Source: Antedon mediterranea
Lineage: Eukaryota; Animalia; Echinodermata
DNA length: 64,000 nt
Direction: 5' to 3'
Assembly (NCBI RefSeq): GCF_964355755.1
Contig: NC_092679.1
Span: 8,028,201 to 8,092,200 of the forward strand
The first letter of the stretch is position 1. Every line of letters begins with the position of its first letter. Of the stretch, positions 1 to 13,600 are shown piece by piece. Position numbers and translations under genes: made by a program. A model generated the notes under the pieces. That model searched no databases. It saw only the letters and a program-made list of their open reading frames with translations, and was not told the origin of the DNA.

Positions 1-149
1 ACCGGCGCTCTGGGCATGCGCAATAGCGTGTCGGATTCCCTAACGGTTGGCAGTTGAGTTCCGGTGGCGGAATCCTAACCACGGCGAATAAATAAGGTTT
101 TGAAGTAATAAATTGAATATAAAATTACATTTTTTTAGTAATTTATTAT

Positions 150-350
150 ATATATTATATCAACATTGTCAATATCAATAAAATACGGATTGTTAAACAC
201 CTTTAAAAACTTGATAAATACCAAAAAAATGAATATGAATTTGGTCTAAAGTGAGACGTTTCGGCCCACAAAGTGGGCCGAATCGTCCCACCAAAAGTGG
301 GCCGAATAGTCCCGGGCCGAATCGTCTCGGGAGCGAATCGTCCCGGAATC
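150..350. mobile_element. Terminal fragment of a non-autonomous DNA transposon with GGCCGAATCGTCC subterminal repeats
   Basis: Repeated GGCCGAA(T/A)(C/A)GTC motifs at 255-350. The reverse complement of ~150-290 recurs, split in two, at ~33300-33381 and ~39033-39105. Confidence 0.7.
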
Positions 351-1151
351 GGTAGGCCTAGTATCTAGCTAAGCTAGGCTAGTAGAACTCTAGTCGATCC
401 TCTAGTCTAGGCCTAGAGTGGTAGTACACGTAATACCCTGACCTATTTGGCTAGTAAAGACTATAATATATATAATTATATGCAACTTAAACCTATTTCA
501 TTTCTTACACATACGTTAGGGCGAGGAGGATATTGTACCGTCGCTGCCTGCTGGTTTCCGCAAAATCATCACGCGACTGACTTAATATCGAGACGTTTTA
601 GTGGGACCGGGAGTCTCTGTGGGTTAGATCAATCTCGGCCGCCGACAATCTCGGCCGCCAGATTAAAAAGCCGAATTGTATGGCACGCCACCGATGCTTG
701 TATTGTGAGTAATTAAAATGTAATGCAGCGCATACGCACGTATTCTACATGTATACTAATTAATAAATTCATTAATTAACTTTTAATTATTGTTTTAATA
801 AATGCTTTTTTAACTTTAAAAAAATATTATTTGTGATACCCCTAAAGGTGTCAGATGAAATCGGTTTATCATATTAGTTACGTTTGATATCGGTCGCGTT
901 TTATTTTGGTCGCGCTAATTTGTATATGGCGAATTAGATAAATTTTTAATGAAAACGCTCATTAGAATTTCTAATAATAGGCCTACTATTTGACATTATT
1001 TTTAACCTCAATCGTTATTTTTTAAGTACAGTAAATATAAATATTATCTCATTATTTATAAATAATTTGTGTTTTCATTTTATCTTACAGGTTTTAATGA
1101 AGTGTAATGTGTTCTTTTAAAAAATCGTTTTAAAAATGTTTTGTTTTTGTT

Positions 1152-2639
1152 TTATTAGGTTATATGCATGATATGCATATAACCTCTTGATTCTGTCAAA
1201 ATCTTTATTTATTTATTTATTTATTTATTTATTCTTTCCTTAGCACTATTTTGTCCGTGCATTATCTTGGCATCAGTTTAATCTAGCTAAGTCAAGTTTT
1301 CAGAGTATATTCCTCATGGCCAGGAATCGATGTCGTTATATTTTCACGATGCGTAATCAAAAATTACGCGGTCTACGCGCGATTTTACGAAATCACGTTT
1401 GTAATCATATCTTCACAAGCATGAATCACAATTAAACAAAATTTGGTACTCATAAATTTCAGGTCATATTTCATCATATGGCAATGAAATTACGTGCGTA
1501 GCGCATATAACGCTTGCGTACGCGCGCTTAAAATGTTCAAAATTGTCAAAATTTATTTTCGATGAAATTAGAGTACGTTTCAGGCAATTTTAAGCGTTTA
1601 AAAAAATGCCATGAGTGCGCAGATTTTTGCACGCGCACTGCGCGTTAAACGTTAATGCGCACTCTTTTTGCCCGATTTCTGTTTTACAATCTTTCTTTAA
1701 TAATATCATCATATTTGATTCAGGTTTCAACTCGAAATTGCGTTATACGAGCACGTCAAAAGTGACTGGCTACGCACGTATAAGTTAACAAAATGGTGAA
1801 AATATGCTAAATTTTAAAATTAATATATATCGTCAGAATGCAGGGGAACACCTATTTTTTATTTCATTTTCTTGAAGTGTATGTATCATATGTATGATTT
1901 ATTATCAAATAAAGAGAACAAAAGTTGATTAAGTCATCATTAATTGCATATTAAATTTTAAAAAAATAATTTCGACAATCAAACAAATTATGACATTTTC
2001 TTATGCCAAAATAACAAACTTAACATTAACTTTCTTCCTTCAAAAATTCATATATTAAAGTTAAAAGTATGTAGTTTGACAGTGCATCATTTGTATACAT
2101 TTTAAAGATGTCATCATAGTAAAAAATTATAATTCATTTCGGTATGTAATAATCTATTTGCATCAAAGTGGTTACTGCATAGTAAATACACGGAGGAATT
2201 TGTCTACAACTTTTAGTCAGTTGTGTACGGCTCGGTGGTCCGTGCTCGTGTCTATGGCATTCAAGGTACCGAGATCGAGTCTCACCTTGGGAAACGAAAT
2301 AAGATTTTTTTTTTTATTATCCGTATTGTTTGTTCAAATTTATTTCTTAGTGTATAGATTATACACATGATTTATAATGAAATCTAGATAAAAATTAACT
2401 TATGTCTTTATTATTATGTAACAACAAATGTGGTTTATGACATTATACGCATATGGATCTTTGATCGGATTGTGATACCGGCTATGGTGTTCGCGTTAGC
2501 AAGGTCCTATCATATATTATAAATAATTAAAGATTCTGAGAAAATCAATCAATCAATATATCTTTTAAAAATCAATTATCTTGATTTAAATCAATGCATA
2601 TAACCTATAATTCGTCATAGTGACGAATTAAATCTAGTT
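1152..2639 (+). mobile_element. Helentron-associated non-autonomous element (HINE/DINE-1-like), family A
   Basis: 5' subTIR AGGTTATATGCA with adjacent inverted copy, (ATTT)n microsatellite, 3' subTIR TGCATATAACCT (2595-2606), stem-loop TAATTCGTCA-TAG-TGACGAATTA, terminal CTAGTT, inserted in a T-run. Confidence 0.8.
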
Positions 2640-3594
2640 GAATATTGAGTTTTTGAAAAGATTGGCATGCCACTGTTTAAAGTTTTGAAAATAATAAATA
2701 ATAATGTAATAGTTAAACAAGTAGACGCGCCTATTGCGTATTTTTTAATCACAGTTAAGTTACGAAACTCGTTCTATACCAGCTTAGGGGTGGCTTAGGA
2801 GGTTTATGCAATAAAGGAAGATGATGCATGGATGATGATTTTTGCATTCGATATCCGCCACTTTGAAGTGAGCATGGTTTTGGGATAATAATAAAATATG
2901 TAGATACTATGCCGTTATAAATCAATCTACCGGCCCTACAGTAGGACTATGATGTAAAATTAATGATAGATAATAATGTATGGATAATAAGGTGGACACG
3001 ATTCTCAAAAAGAGGTACTGATATTTAAACATTTAGATTTACGAACGGCGTATGAATGTGAGACACTAAGTTGCACTTACTTAATTATTTACATTAAATG
3101 ATTATTATAAATGAAGAAATAAAAGATTTTTCAAATTAAAATCTATAGTATCGTCGACGTATATACGTAAATTATATATAAATCCTACTGTCAAATTATA
3201 GAAACAGTGCTCATATTCGGAACATGATCTCATAATCGCGTCGAGCATAGCTCATTGGATCGTTTCACAAAAACACGTGCAAGAAGCCTCCTATAGACGT
3301 TTCAAACGTATGGTTATTAGTAATAGACGTCATCTTTACCTGGCCATGGACATGATTTGACACACTAACAAGTGCGTTTTTTTTTTTAAAGGGGAAACCC
3401 CGTCAGCAAAATAACGTATTGTTACGAGAAACAGCTGCACGATCATAGAAGGCGCATCTCCAATATGGCTTATTCGGGGGTTTATTTCAGTAACTCGCAT
3501 ATAATGATCATTTTACTAAAAACTATTTTAAACATTAGAAATAAAATATACACGTGATGTGCCTCAACAATAATCATTATAAACTTAATATTAT

Positions 3595-3790
3595 CCTTAT
3601 TTCATTTACATACTATCGAATCTTTATGCAGTATTGCATTAATAATTTACGTACGGTATTGCCGAATCTTAATATCTCATTTACATACTATCGAATCTTT
3701 ATACAGTATTGCATTAATAATTTACGTACGGTATTGCCGAATCTTTATATCTCATTTACATACTATCGAATCTTCATACAGTATTGCATT
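3595..3790. repeat. Tandem repeat, 74-bp unit, ~2.6 copies
   Basis: TCATTTACATACTATCGAATC recurs at 74-bp spacing. Confidence 0.9.
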
Positions 3791-5060
3791 TATATCGAAG
3801 ATTACAAAACAACGACAATCAAAGCGCACAGGGCGTTCCATACAGATTACCGTTATTGAACAAGCAGCCGCTTCGACTGTAATTCCACGTCGTCACTATT
3901 ACACTATCATAACAGGCACTTTTGGACATTCCATACAATATCGCGTTCTGTAACCGGCGGCCGAGATGGACCTAAGCCGTCTCTGTTTTCGAGACACCAC
4001 CACCTTCGCGTGCGCGCCACCCGTGCAAGGAGCTAGTACTAGTAGTTGAAATGTACGATTCCTACAACACGTAAATTGCTAGCATGCAGCCTAGTGCGAG
4101 TCGCAACCGGTCGGAGAGTGCGAGGAGGAATTACCTACTGAGAGAGGCGAACTAACTGCATGCGTGAGTGATTTAAAAATCTCACGTGACATCAACATCC
4201 AATCAGAAAACAGTATTCTGGCTAGCTGGCAGTTTCGTTGAGCGTAAAAAAATATCACCATCCCCACCCCATGGACATGGGTAAAGTACTTTGCTAAATG
4301 TGTAAATGAATAGGTGTCATATTGCAGTGGGACAGCCAGTCGACAAATCGTGTCAAATTTCGACTCGGAGAGGGCGCCCTACTTTTCTAATTTAGTTCAA
4401 AATGGCTAAATTTTAGGGTGTTGGAAAAACACAATATTTGTAAATTTAGTTGATTATCGGAAAAATGTTGTTAGTGAAATAAATTCATAAATGGTTTTAA
4501 TATATTGTCATGTAAAATTAAATGTATTTGAACAAAACGATAATCTGTAATTTAACGGCAAAATCAACCAATGTCTTTTTTCAGAAATTGTACCCTAGAA
4601 AATCATTAAAATAAAATATTTAGAAAAATTGAACAGTCCTGAATTTAAAATCCCTGTTAGAAAAATTAATAATCTACAGAATACGATATTAAGATACAAA
4701 ATTCGGTGGTTGGGATGCAGCTCCGACTATTCAAACTAAAGGTACCACTATTTGTTCCATCGAAAACTAGCGAAACCGCCATTTTGTAAACACATCGTCA
4801 TCGTGTTTATGAATTTATTTATAGCGAACGATATACGCGATGTTTATAATTGTCCGCGTATAAGAATTCATATAAATAAATACATTCCAATACAACGTAT
4901 ATTATTACTTGTTTATTTATCACAGTATACATTTTAGTTGAGGAATATTTATCATAACTATTATAATAGCTTTTATACGAGTCCGAGGCCTAGCCCTATT
5001 AGCGAGCGATTGGTCCAGGGGCGGAAAGTCACTTAGTGACGTTGTGATCGGGCGCGTCGG

Positions 5061-6013
5061 GCCGCGATTTTTTTTTTCGTACATAAGTTGGGGACCCCCT
5101 CATGAAACGTCACAAAATAAACATGAAATTCATCAGTTAAATTTTCTTGTTCCGTGTGCACCCAAGCGTATAGCAACAAGAAGGGATTACACAAGTGCGG
5201 TACGATTCTAGGCCTATCTCCGCTGTTGTTGCGGCGTGCGATTTCATAGAAGATAGCGGCGTTTTGTGTCGATTGTCGAAATAATCAGCCTTTAGTTTAT
5301 GGTGTTTTTAATATAATTTATTACTAAAGAATTAAGTGTTAAAATTATAGTTTCTATTAATACTATTAGGCCTAATTATTAGTCTCTAAACCCATGTCTA
5401 TTCTAGTAGTAGCTGTGGGTGTGTGTGACGTGTGACGGTGTTACTGTTAGGTATGACCAAAGATAGTTATCTTTGGTATGACACAATCCGAGTAATAAGT
5501 CAGCAAAATTAAACAATAAATTACACAAAAATACATTTTTTATTCTCGTGGGTCAAATCTTCCCATCTCATGTGTTCATATACGCGCATTTTTAAAGTTC
5601 CTTTGAGTACATCATGCATATTGTTTGATAATAAAATAGCAGAATTAAAAAAATACAGTAGGCCTACATAAATTATACACATTCTTTATTCTTGTGGGTC
5701 TAAGCTTTCTTTGGGCTATGTCCAATGAATTACTACTTAGTTTAATTGGTTTAATGTCTTGCCTAGCTGTCGATTAGCCTCGACTCGACACATTTTGTGT
5801 GAAGAAGAGTGCGCGAAGGCAATCACGTGAATTGACTTAGAATCCTAGGCCTACTCTGTAGAAAGTATCGTATCGCAGTTGTGTAATCACTTCTTGTTGC
5901 TATACGCTTGGGTGCACACGGAACAACAAATTTAACTGATGAATTATTCATGTTTATTTTGTGACGTTTCATGAGGGGTCCCCAACTTATGTACGAAAAA
6001 AAAAATCGCGGGC
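5061..6013. mobile_element. MITE/foldback element with ~150-bp terminal inverted repeats
   Basis: CGCGATTTTTTTTTTCGTACATAAGTTGGGGACCCC...GCACCCAAGCGTATAGCAACAAGAAG is mirrored at ~5870-6010. No clear TSD. Confidence 0.8.
5451..5482. mobile_element. Probable P-element excision footprint
   Basis: 7-bp direct repeat GTATGAC (5451-5457, 5476-5482) flanking the 18-bp palindrome CAAAGATA-GT-TATCTTTG. Confidence 0.6.
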
Positions 6014-6159
6014 GCAGTGTGTGTGTAATTTATATTGAATTTTTCGTTTTATTTCGTCTATTATGTAGGCCCTAGTCCTAACCGTACTGTGATGTTTTAT
6101 TTATCTTGCCATTATAATAACTACTATATTAGCACTTTTTGCGTTCCATAGTTTGTAGA

Positions 6160-6306
6160 GGCCGAGTTGACGGATTATTAGTTTTTGGCCGAGTTGACGT
6201 GAGGCCGAGTTGACTTGAGGTGGGGCCGTGTTGACTTGGGGCGACTTGACGTGGGGCCGACTTGACTTTGGCCGAGACGGTTTAGGGCCGAGTTGGATCG
6301 AATTCG
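6160..6306. repeat. Cluster of GGCCGAGTTGAC subterminal repeats (transposon end fragment)
   Basis: About eight degenerate copies of GGCCGAGTTGAC. Confidence 0.6.
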
Positions 6307-6358
6307 GAAATATAATGGATTGTTTTTTTCGGTCCCTGGATATTTATGTGTCTTTTAA

Positions 6359-6984
6359 AGCCCCATTCCCTACGTTTTTTAGATCTAATTTAAGATCACA
6401 AACTATATTTAATGTAAAAATAATACTATATGGTCCTATTGCGATAACTTTTTTCGTCTTTAAATGGTTAAAAATGTGAAAAATAAGTCGATTCTAATAA
6501 TTATAGCGGCCCGCTATAAATCCCAAAATGCATTGCGCGCGGATTGATATTTTTGTTTTTCACCTGTAATTCGCCCACTTTTCGATCGATCGTGAGGCCA
6601 AAACAAATGAAAGACTCCTAACTTTTCAGCGAAAATACCGGGTTTTCCCCAATTTGTATCAACGGAGTCTGGCAAAAATAGAAAGACAATTAATGCAGCA
6701 ACTATACAACGTCAGGCTAGGTATATAGCTCGTGTACGATGTTCGTACGTTACCGATGTTTACCAGCTAGGCCTACAAAACTAAGCCTAGCTAGGCTAGG
6801 CCTAAGACCGTCCACGAGAGGTCGATCGCCGCGAGCTACTTAGGTAGTGCATTGTTTCTCACTTTTTATCATAATTTACCATAAAACGTAAATTTAAGAC
6901 AAGAAATGACATGGTTTAATGTTTTTAAAGTGATATATATGTATTATTTTCCAAAAAACGTCCAAAATTGCAGGGAAGGGGTCT
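6359..6984. mobile_element. TTAA-specific MITE (Kolobok-like)
   Basis: TTAA|AGCCCCATTCCCTAC ... GCAGGGAAGGGGTCT|TTAA: imperfect TIRs with purine-purine termini. Confidence 0.65.
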
Positions 6985-7919
6985 TTAAACCAAACTCTTT
7001 ATCTTGCTAATAATAGATAGAGATACTGCTACTACGTCATTAATGGCGTTTTCTCTATTTATCAGTTGAACACATTAAAGACAAGACAAGACACAATGCA
7101 TAAATATACGTTTAACAAGTTTATTATTAAGTACTGATTGTATAAAAAAAATTAAAATGTATTTAAAAAATCTATTTACAAAAAGGTCCCTGAAACCGTA
7201 AATCTAAAAAAAATGATTAAAAAATGTTGAATATTGTATTAAATATATATGAAAGACATGTATATAAGAGTCAAAGTTTGTAAATTAATTTACATAAATG
7301 TATGCATTATATTTGTTTTTAAATATATTCTATTTTCCAACCAAATAACCATTAACAATTTTTGAAATGCTGGCACAAATATATTATTAAATCTTTTAAC
7401 CACCACCATATAGTTGATGTAGAAACTCACACAAAAGACGTTTTAGCAGAAAGTTGATCAAACAAGATGGAATGTATACTTGTTTCTATGACAACCATCT
7501 CATGATGCAGAATCATGGCACCTGGATAATTCAAAGGCAAGACTTAATGTAGGCTAACTGCTTTGTAACTTGCATATAATAGTATACACATAATGTTATA
7601 TTCTTAGCTAATTTGAATTTCGAAGACACATTACTGGTTGGAATTGCATCATTCACCATGTCACACAAAAAGCTGACCATGCAATAGTCATCATCATCAT
7701 CATTAACAATGGAGAAAATAATACATGTCACATGATACGAAATAAACCAATTAAATGGCAAGGATACACTCACTTAGTGTGTTACTGTAAGAATAAATAA
7801 CAAATATGGGAAATAAACAAAATAGAAAATTGGCATTAACAATGGTAATAATACTGCACTTTCCTGATAATATTCAAGCACAGCCCTCTACTGCACGGTA
7901 ATATATAATTTTCTACTAA

Positions 7920-10133
7920 TCTATATTATAAGTGAGAGAGTTTGTACGTCTGTCTGTCTGTTTGTTTGTTTGTTCGTTATACAAATTTTTGTTACTGCAC
8001 GCAATCTTACATATGGGGTATCAAAATGACCGCAATTGTACCGGAAATGTTCTAAGCTATATTTGAACATCATCTGCCACCTAGGATCCAAGTTAGGGAC
8101 CAAAATGTGGTCAAAACCCCCACTTTCAATGTTTGTTCGTTATACAAATTTCTGTTTCTGCACGTAACCATACGTATGGGGTATCAAAATGATGGCAATT
8201 GTACCCGGAAGGTTTTAAACTACATTTAAAAAATTCCCCCGACTCCTGGGGTTTTTGTGGGTGTGGGGTAGTTTGTGATGTCATTTTTGCTAGGGCTCGG
8301 GGTTGTAGGCTATCAAATTGTACAATTATACTACAAAAGTTTTACAGTATTTGAATTATCCTCAGCAAGGCGTTTGGGGAATTATAGATATAGATATACA
8401 TATTTTATTCATTAACCAATATGACACCTATTCAATTACACATTTAGCAAAGTACTTTAACCATATCCAGCTATGTATCGGTCTCTTGGATTACAGACAT
8501 CCATTTCCTGTGTGAACATACACACGTTCTTTACTGTTACTGTGTTCTACTACTATATTTGAACATCATCCGCCATCTAGGATCGAAATGGTCCATTTTC
8601 GATGTTTGTTCGTTATACAAATTTCTGTTTCTGCATGAAACCATACATATAGGCAAAGAATATTTATCACAAGAATGAGTAATCCGCGATTTTCCCTGTA
8701 ACAGTAATATTGTCCATGTGGTAGGGCGCCGCCATAAGTGTGGATGTATCTGGGATGTATACAACTTTTTGTGACGGTTTCAATAATCAAAGGCTAGACC
8801 ACTGGTAGTATTTTCATGATATAAAAAATGTTATCAACTACATGCCAACATCATGTTAAATACTATTTGGATATTAATTGTTCGTTTTATGCAATTTATT
8901 TAGTAAAAACTGCCGTATAAACAGTTTGCTTTATCAACCGGGCGCTACGATAGCGTGACCGGGCGTGTTGGTGTTTACGCGTTTTCACGAAGGATAATAA
9001 TAATATCATAAAAACAATACTTAATTTACCGGGCGTAGAGTAGTACACGGCAATGGTAAAGAATAGGCCGTGCTGAGTAACGATTCGTTGATTTTTGGTG
9101 TTGCTGTGTTAGGCCTTTTTTGTGAACTAACTTAGCATGTTAGTAAATAATTGTCTGTAAAAGTGAATGTACACTAGTTTGTTAATAAATATGTATTATA
9201 AAATAGTTATTTTTATTTATTATTATTTAGTATGTATACATCCGCCCTTATGAGGGCGGGCATCACTCTCTGGAGCTCTCTGTTACAAATTTTTCATGCA
9301 AAAATCGCGGAATACTCATTCTTGTGATATATATTCTTTGATATAGGGTATCAAAATTATAGCAAATGTACTGGGAAGGTTTTAAACGACATTGCAAAAA
9401 TCCGGGGATTTGGTTAGATAGGGTGTGGGAGTTGAGGTTCAGAAGGTTGTGGGGATTTTGCTTAGGCTAGGGGTAGTTGGCTATCAAATTGACCAGAATT
9501 GTAGTTAGATAATGTATTTTAATTATCCCTGGGAAGGGGCATGGAGTTTGAGGTGGGGATGTAAGCTTATCACCATGTCCGAAACTGTATTGGGAATGTT
9601 TTAAAAACTTTTGAAAACTGCTTCTGAGGGATTATGGATTGGGAGTGCTGGCTAACATAATTTGTACTGGAATCGTCTTAAACACATCACCCAGTACCTG
9701 GGGTGTGTTTGGAGGGGAGGAGAAGGAGCGAAAATATTGGCATAATGAAGTAGTCTATATGATTGGAATTGGAATAGGAAAAGTTACTACATTTGAACTG
9801 TCCAGGGGAGGAGTTAAGGTTTGTTGATTGTGGTTGGGATGGCGAGAGTATCAAAATTAGATATTTTAATTATCAGCCAATATGACACCTATTCATTTAT
9901 ACAGTTTACAACGTACTTAAAACATACACCTATCATAGCTATGTACACCCCTACCCCTAAAGTTGAATTGAAATTTGTCCTGGGAAGTATTTGTTTTATA
10001 AAAAGAGTGTGAGGTGTTATTGGAAGAGGGCTGGAGGTTGGTGAGTATAGGGAGACACTGGGGTCGGGTGTTATGTACTGAGAAAGCTTTAAACTAATTT
10101 TGAAACCCGCCCTGGGGCGGGTATACTTGCTAG
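7920..10133 (+). mobile_element. Non-autonomous Helitron
   Basis: 5' A|TCTATATTATAAG, (GTCT/GTTT)n near the 5' end, internal repeats, 3' hairpin CCCGCCC-TG-GGGCGGG followed by CTAG|T; no TSD. Confidence 0.85.
8654..9340. mobile_element. P-element-like MITE nested in the Helitron
   Basis: ~40-bp TIRs CAAAGAATAT(T/A)TATCACAAGAATGAGTA..., 7-bp TSD ATATAGG (8647-8653, 9341-9347), CA termini. Confidence 0.8.
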
Positions 10134-10356
10134 TTAATTATATGTACTAACTTGCTATGAATTATTAATGTACAGTACTAACAATACAGTGGACATGTAT
10201 AATGTATATTGTACAGTAAAATAATAATAAAATATTGCTAATGGTAACAACCATGGCATTATTAGAATTTAGCCCTCCAAGCCCAGTTGTAACGTTTTTA
10301 ACATACAGGCAATCACTGTATTGAGTAAATTAGTTGTTTTATTATATTTGTTGGTA

Positions 10357-10610
10357 TGGAAGTTGAGTGTACGACCTCACATGAGTTCATGGAAGTTGAG
10401 TGTACGACCTCACATGAGTTCATGGAAGTTAAGTGTACGACCTCACATGAGTTCATGGAAGTTGAGTGTACGACCTCACATGAGTTCATGGAAGTTGAGT
10501 GTACGACCTCACATGAGTTCATGGAAGTTAAGTGTACGACCTCACATGAGTTCATGGAAGTGTACGACCTCACATGAGTTCATGGAAGTGTACGACCTTA
10601 CATGAGTTCA
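10357..10610. repeat. Minisatellite (33-bp units and shorter 28-bp units) covering the TMEM179 stop codon and 3'UTR
   Basis: About eight copies of GAAGTTGAGTGTACGACCTCACATGAGTTCATG; the rightmost copy encodes E-L-M-stop on the minus strand. Confidence 0.95.
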
Positions 10611-13600
10611 GGTTCTTGGTATTGGCCAAGAAGACGCTGCCTTTCACGCATCAAACTTCTCATAATGTCTTCTTGTTGGTGATACTGAAACAGTTTAGCT
10701 GATGAAAATGCCATCTCCACAAACCAAACAAACAGGGAGAACCACAGACCAAACTATATGCAGATCAAACACATGTTTTATTATTCAATTTTTGTACTAG
10801 AGAAGTAGACATCTTTGGGAGCATTGGCTTTAGTTAAAATGGACCTGAAATGGATTTTCGATTTTTTTCATTTTAGAATGATGTTTTGGGGGCTATTAGG
10901 TGTTGCTAGAATGTATATTGGTACAAAATATAAATTGGCCCTTTTGGGGAAAGCCCCATTTGAAAATCAAAAAAATTCGCGGGTGACGTCACTTTGCGAA
11001 TATATTCCTATCCCTCCAATGGACAATTTGCAGTTTTTTGGCTATAACTCTTGAAATCTATGGAGTATTTTCTAAAAAATGCTTGTGCATTTGCAGAAAC
11101 GTATTTAGAATTTTTTTAGATAAAATTATTACCGTATAAACAGTTATTCATCGAGTAAATGACAATTTAAAATCTTAAAATCAACGTTTTTTTTCTGGCA
11201 ATACCGAAGTTGGCCTGGCAACGTTGTCCGGGATACAGCTCCGTGCGCAATGATGCGTATCCATATTTTCCGTTCGTGTATTTTGTATCGTTCGTAATTT
11301 ATACTGCTAAAAATAATGTGCTAGTTTCTTTAGTTTTTAGTTTAGCAGAATTAAATTAGTAATATGAGATGATAATTTATTTTATTTTTTATTTATTACG
11401 GTATATATAAAATTACAAAAACAATAGCACATAGCTAATAACGTTTGTATTACAATAAAAAATATTGAAATGAAATCTATAAAAACTACAAAAATAAATT
11501 CGGAATATACAATTACAAAATTTCACAATTATTCACTAAAATTTAAAATATTAAGAATCTTAAAATATATACACAATTTTGGAAAATACAATTGCACTTT
11601 TATTTAAAAAAACGAAAAATTTACATTATAATATACTAAAGTAAAACCTATCTGCACTGTTCTTTATTTGATTATTATTATTATTATCTTTTAGTATAGG
11701 TGGCAACATTGCACAATTATTCACTAAAATATTCACAACATTAAAAATGTTTTATTTGTCACGAATCAGGCAGTTCGAAAACGAATTTTATTCATACAGT
11801 ATTTTACTTTGGCTTGACATAGAGCGCAGCAAGTTGTTGATATCGCTTTGGTCCTTGGATGCACATGAAACGGAGCCTCGCCGCATGATGTGGGTGGTGG
11901 ATCGACTCCGTGCAATGGATTGGGGGCCTAGGCCTAGTAAAGGTTTGGGAGGTAGGCCTTCTAAATTCGGGTTTTAGAACAAACGAAGTACATTTTAGGG
12001 ACCTATATTTCAACAACATTAGATATTGAATAAATTAGTATTAGTGTCAACGCTTCGCGTATCTTTCCAGGCCGTCGTTCATTCACTGACTATCGGGCGG
12101 CATACACGCTCTCGATATCATCGTGTGTATATGTGACGTCGTGAATATAGAGGCTTCCGACGGCCGTTGAAATAGAATATTGCAATGCCGTGAGTAATTT
12201 TCGCTAATTTACCATGGTATCTTAAAATTTCGTTTTTACTCAAAATACTATACATTTTGTTTTTATTTGTATGGGTTTGTGTTAATTTGATACATTTAAA
12301 TAACATGTGTGAATTTCTTGAAAATCGAAATTCCATTTCAGGTCCATTTTAAGGGAATGGGTTTGGCCAAAACTAGTAACTAATCCTAATAATAATGCCA
12401 CTTACCAGTGTTATTCCAAACTGAATGCTAAACTTAGATGCATCAATATGTGCATGTTTCCAAATGTTGGCATATCCTACCATTTCACACCTACATACAC
12501 AAAGTCATACTGTTAATCAATATGCTAACATGAAATTTAAATTAGATTGGGTTGAGTTTAAAATTGCATATTATTTATATATATATTTAAAAGAACCCAC
12601 ATTAATCAAGATTATGGGTAAATTAGATAGTACTGTATACCATTGGGCGATTCCAGGCTAAAATAAAGAGAATACTTTATTCAGTGATTTCTAGCTTTAC
12701 CGAGTTGTATGAATATTGACCTAATGGGTGTGTAGACCGAGTGTCTTGTTTTATTACTTGGCGTTAACTTACGATCTTACAAAATTGTCAGAAGTGACCG
12801 AATTGCACCAACTCATGAAACCGATGGTAACGATAAGGCAACAGATCATGACCAGGAAGGCAAACATCAAGGTTGATAATGTTGTCAGAAAAACTCCAAT
12901 AAATGAACTGTAAACAAAAATCATCAATGTCATTAAATATCCATTCAAAGCATTTTTGTAGTAGGAATTTATTTCCCTAATGCTGAATGAAATAATATTT
13001 GGTAATATTGTACTGTACAGTATGTCAGGCTCAGAGCAGTCCTAACCTTGTGAAGGTTACTTCAATTTCTGAAAGAATTAAGCTTGAAATTTGTAATATA
13101 CCATTCATAATCAATTCCAAGCAGGTGGCTTCTCTCTGGTAGGATTTGTTTCTCTGGTAGGTATCTGGTGGTGTTTCGTAAGATCCCCCGGCCTCTAAAT
13201 CGTAAGTGTAAATATGGGGTACTATAGAGGGTCTGAAAAAAGTGACTGACACAACACCAAGTGAAGTAGGAATTTTTGTTTAAAAATAAAATATATATTT
13301 TAATATTAATTACTGTATTAATTAATATTAATATGTATCCACTAACACATTTTTTACCTGTCCGTGTCATTTGCTAGATGTATTGATAACCGAACAATCT
13401 GCACAAATGAGAGAATTATCTGGCAAACACCAATGAATATAGTAAAATTGCAGTAACCTGATGCACCCCAATTATCCACATAAAATGATAACCCAGTGGT
13501 GTTGTTGGAGTCGTAATGTCCTGAAGCGAACAGCAGACATTTCCCTTCGAATGCCTGATTGTATGAAAACATAGGCGGTAAGACAAACAGGGAAAGTAAA

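Larger units (their letters stand above)
621..3978. mobile_element. Non-autonomous TIR transposon with 8-bp TSD and GG termini (Merlin- or Mutator-like)
   Basis: TIRs GGGTTAGATCAATCTCGGCCGCCG / CGGCGGCCGAGATGGACCTAAGCC; exact TSD GTCTCTGT at 613-620 and 3979-3986; no transposase ORF seen. Confidence 0.75.

Noticed and set aside
10313-10605. Three overlapping repetitive ORFs
   Set aside because: Products of the 33-bp minisatellite.
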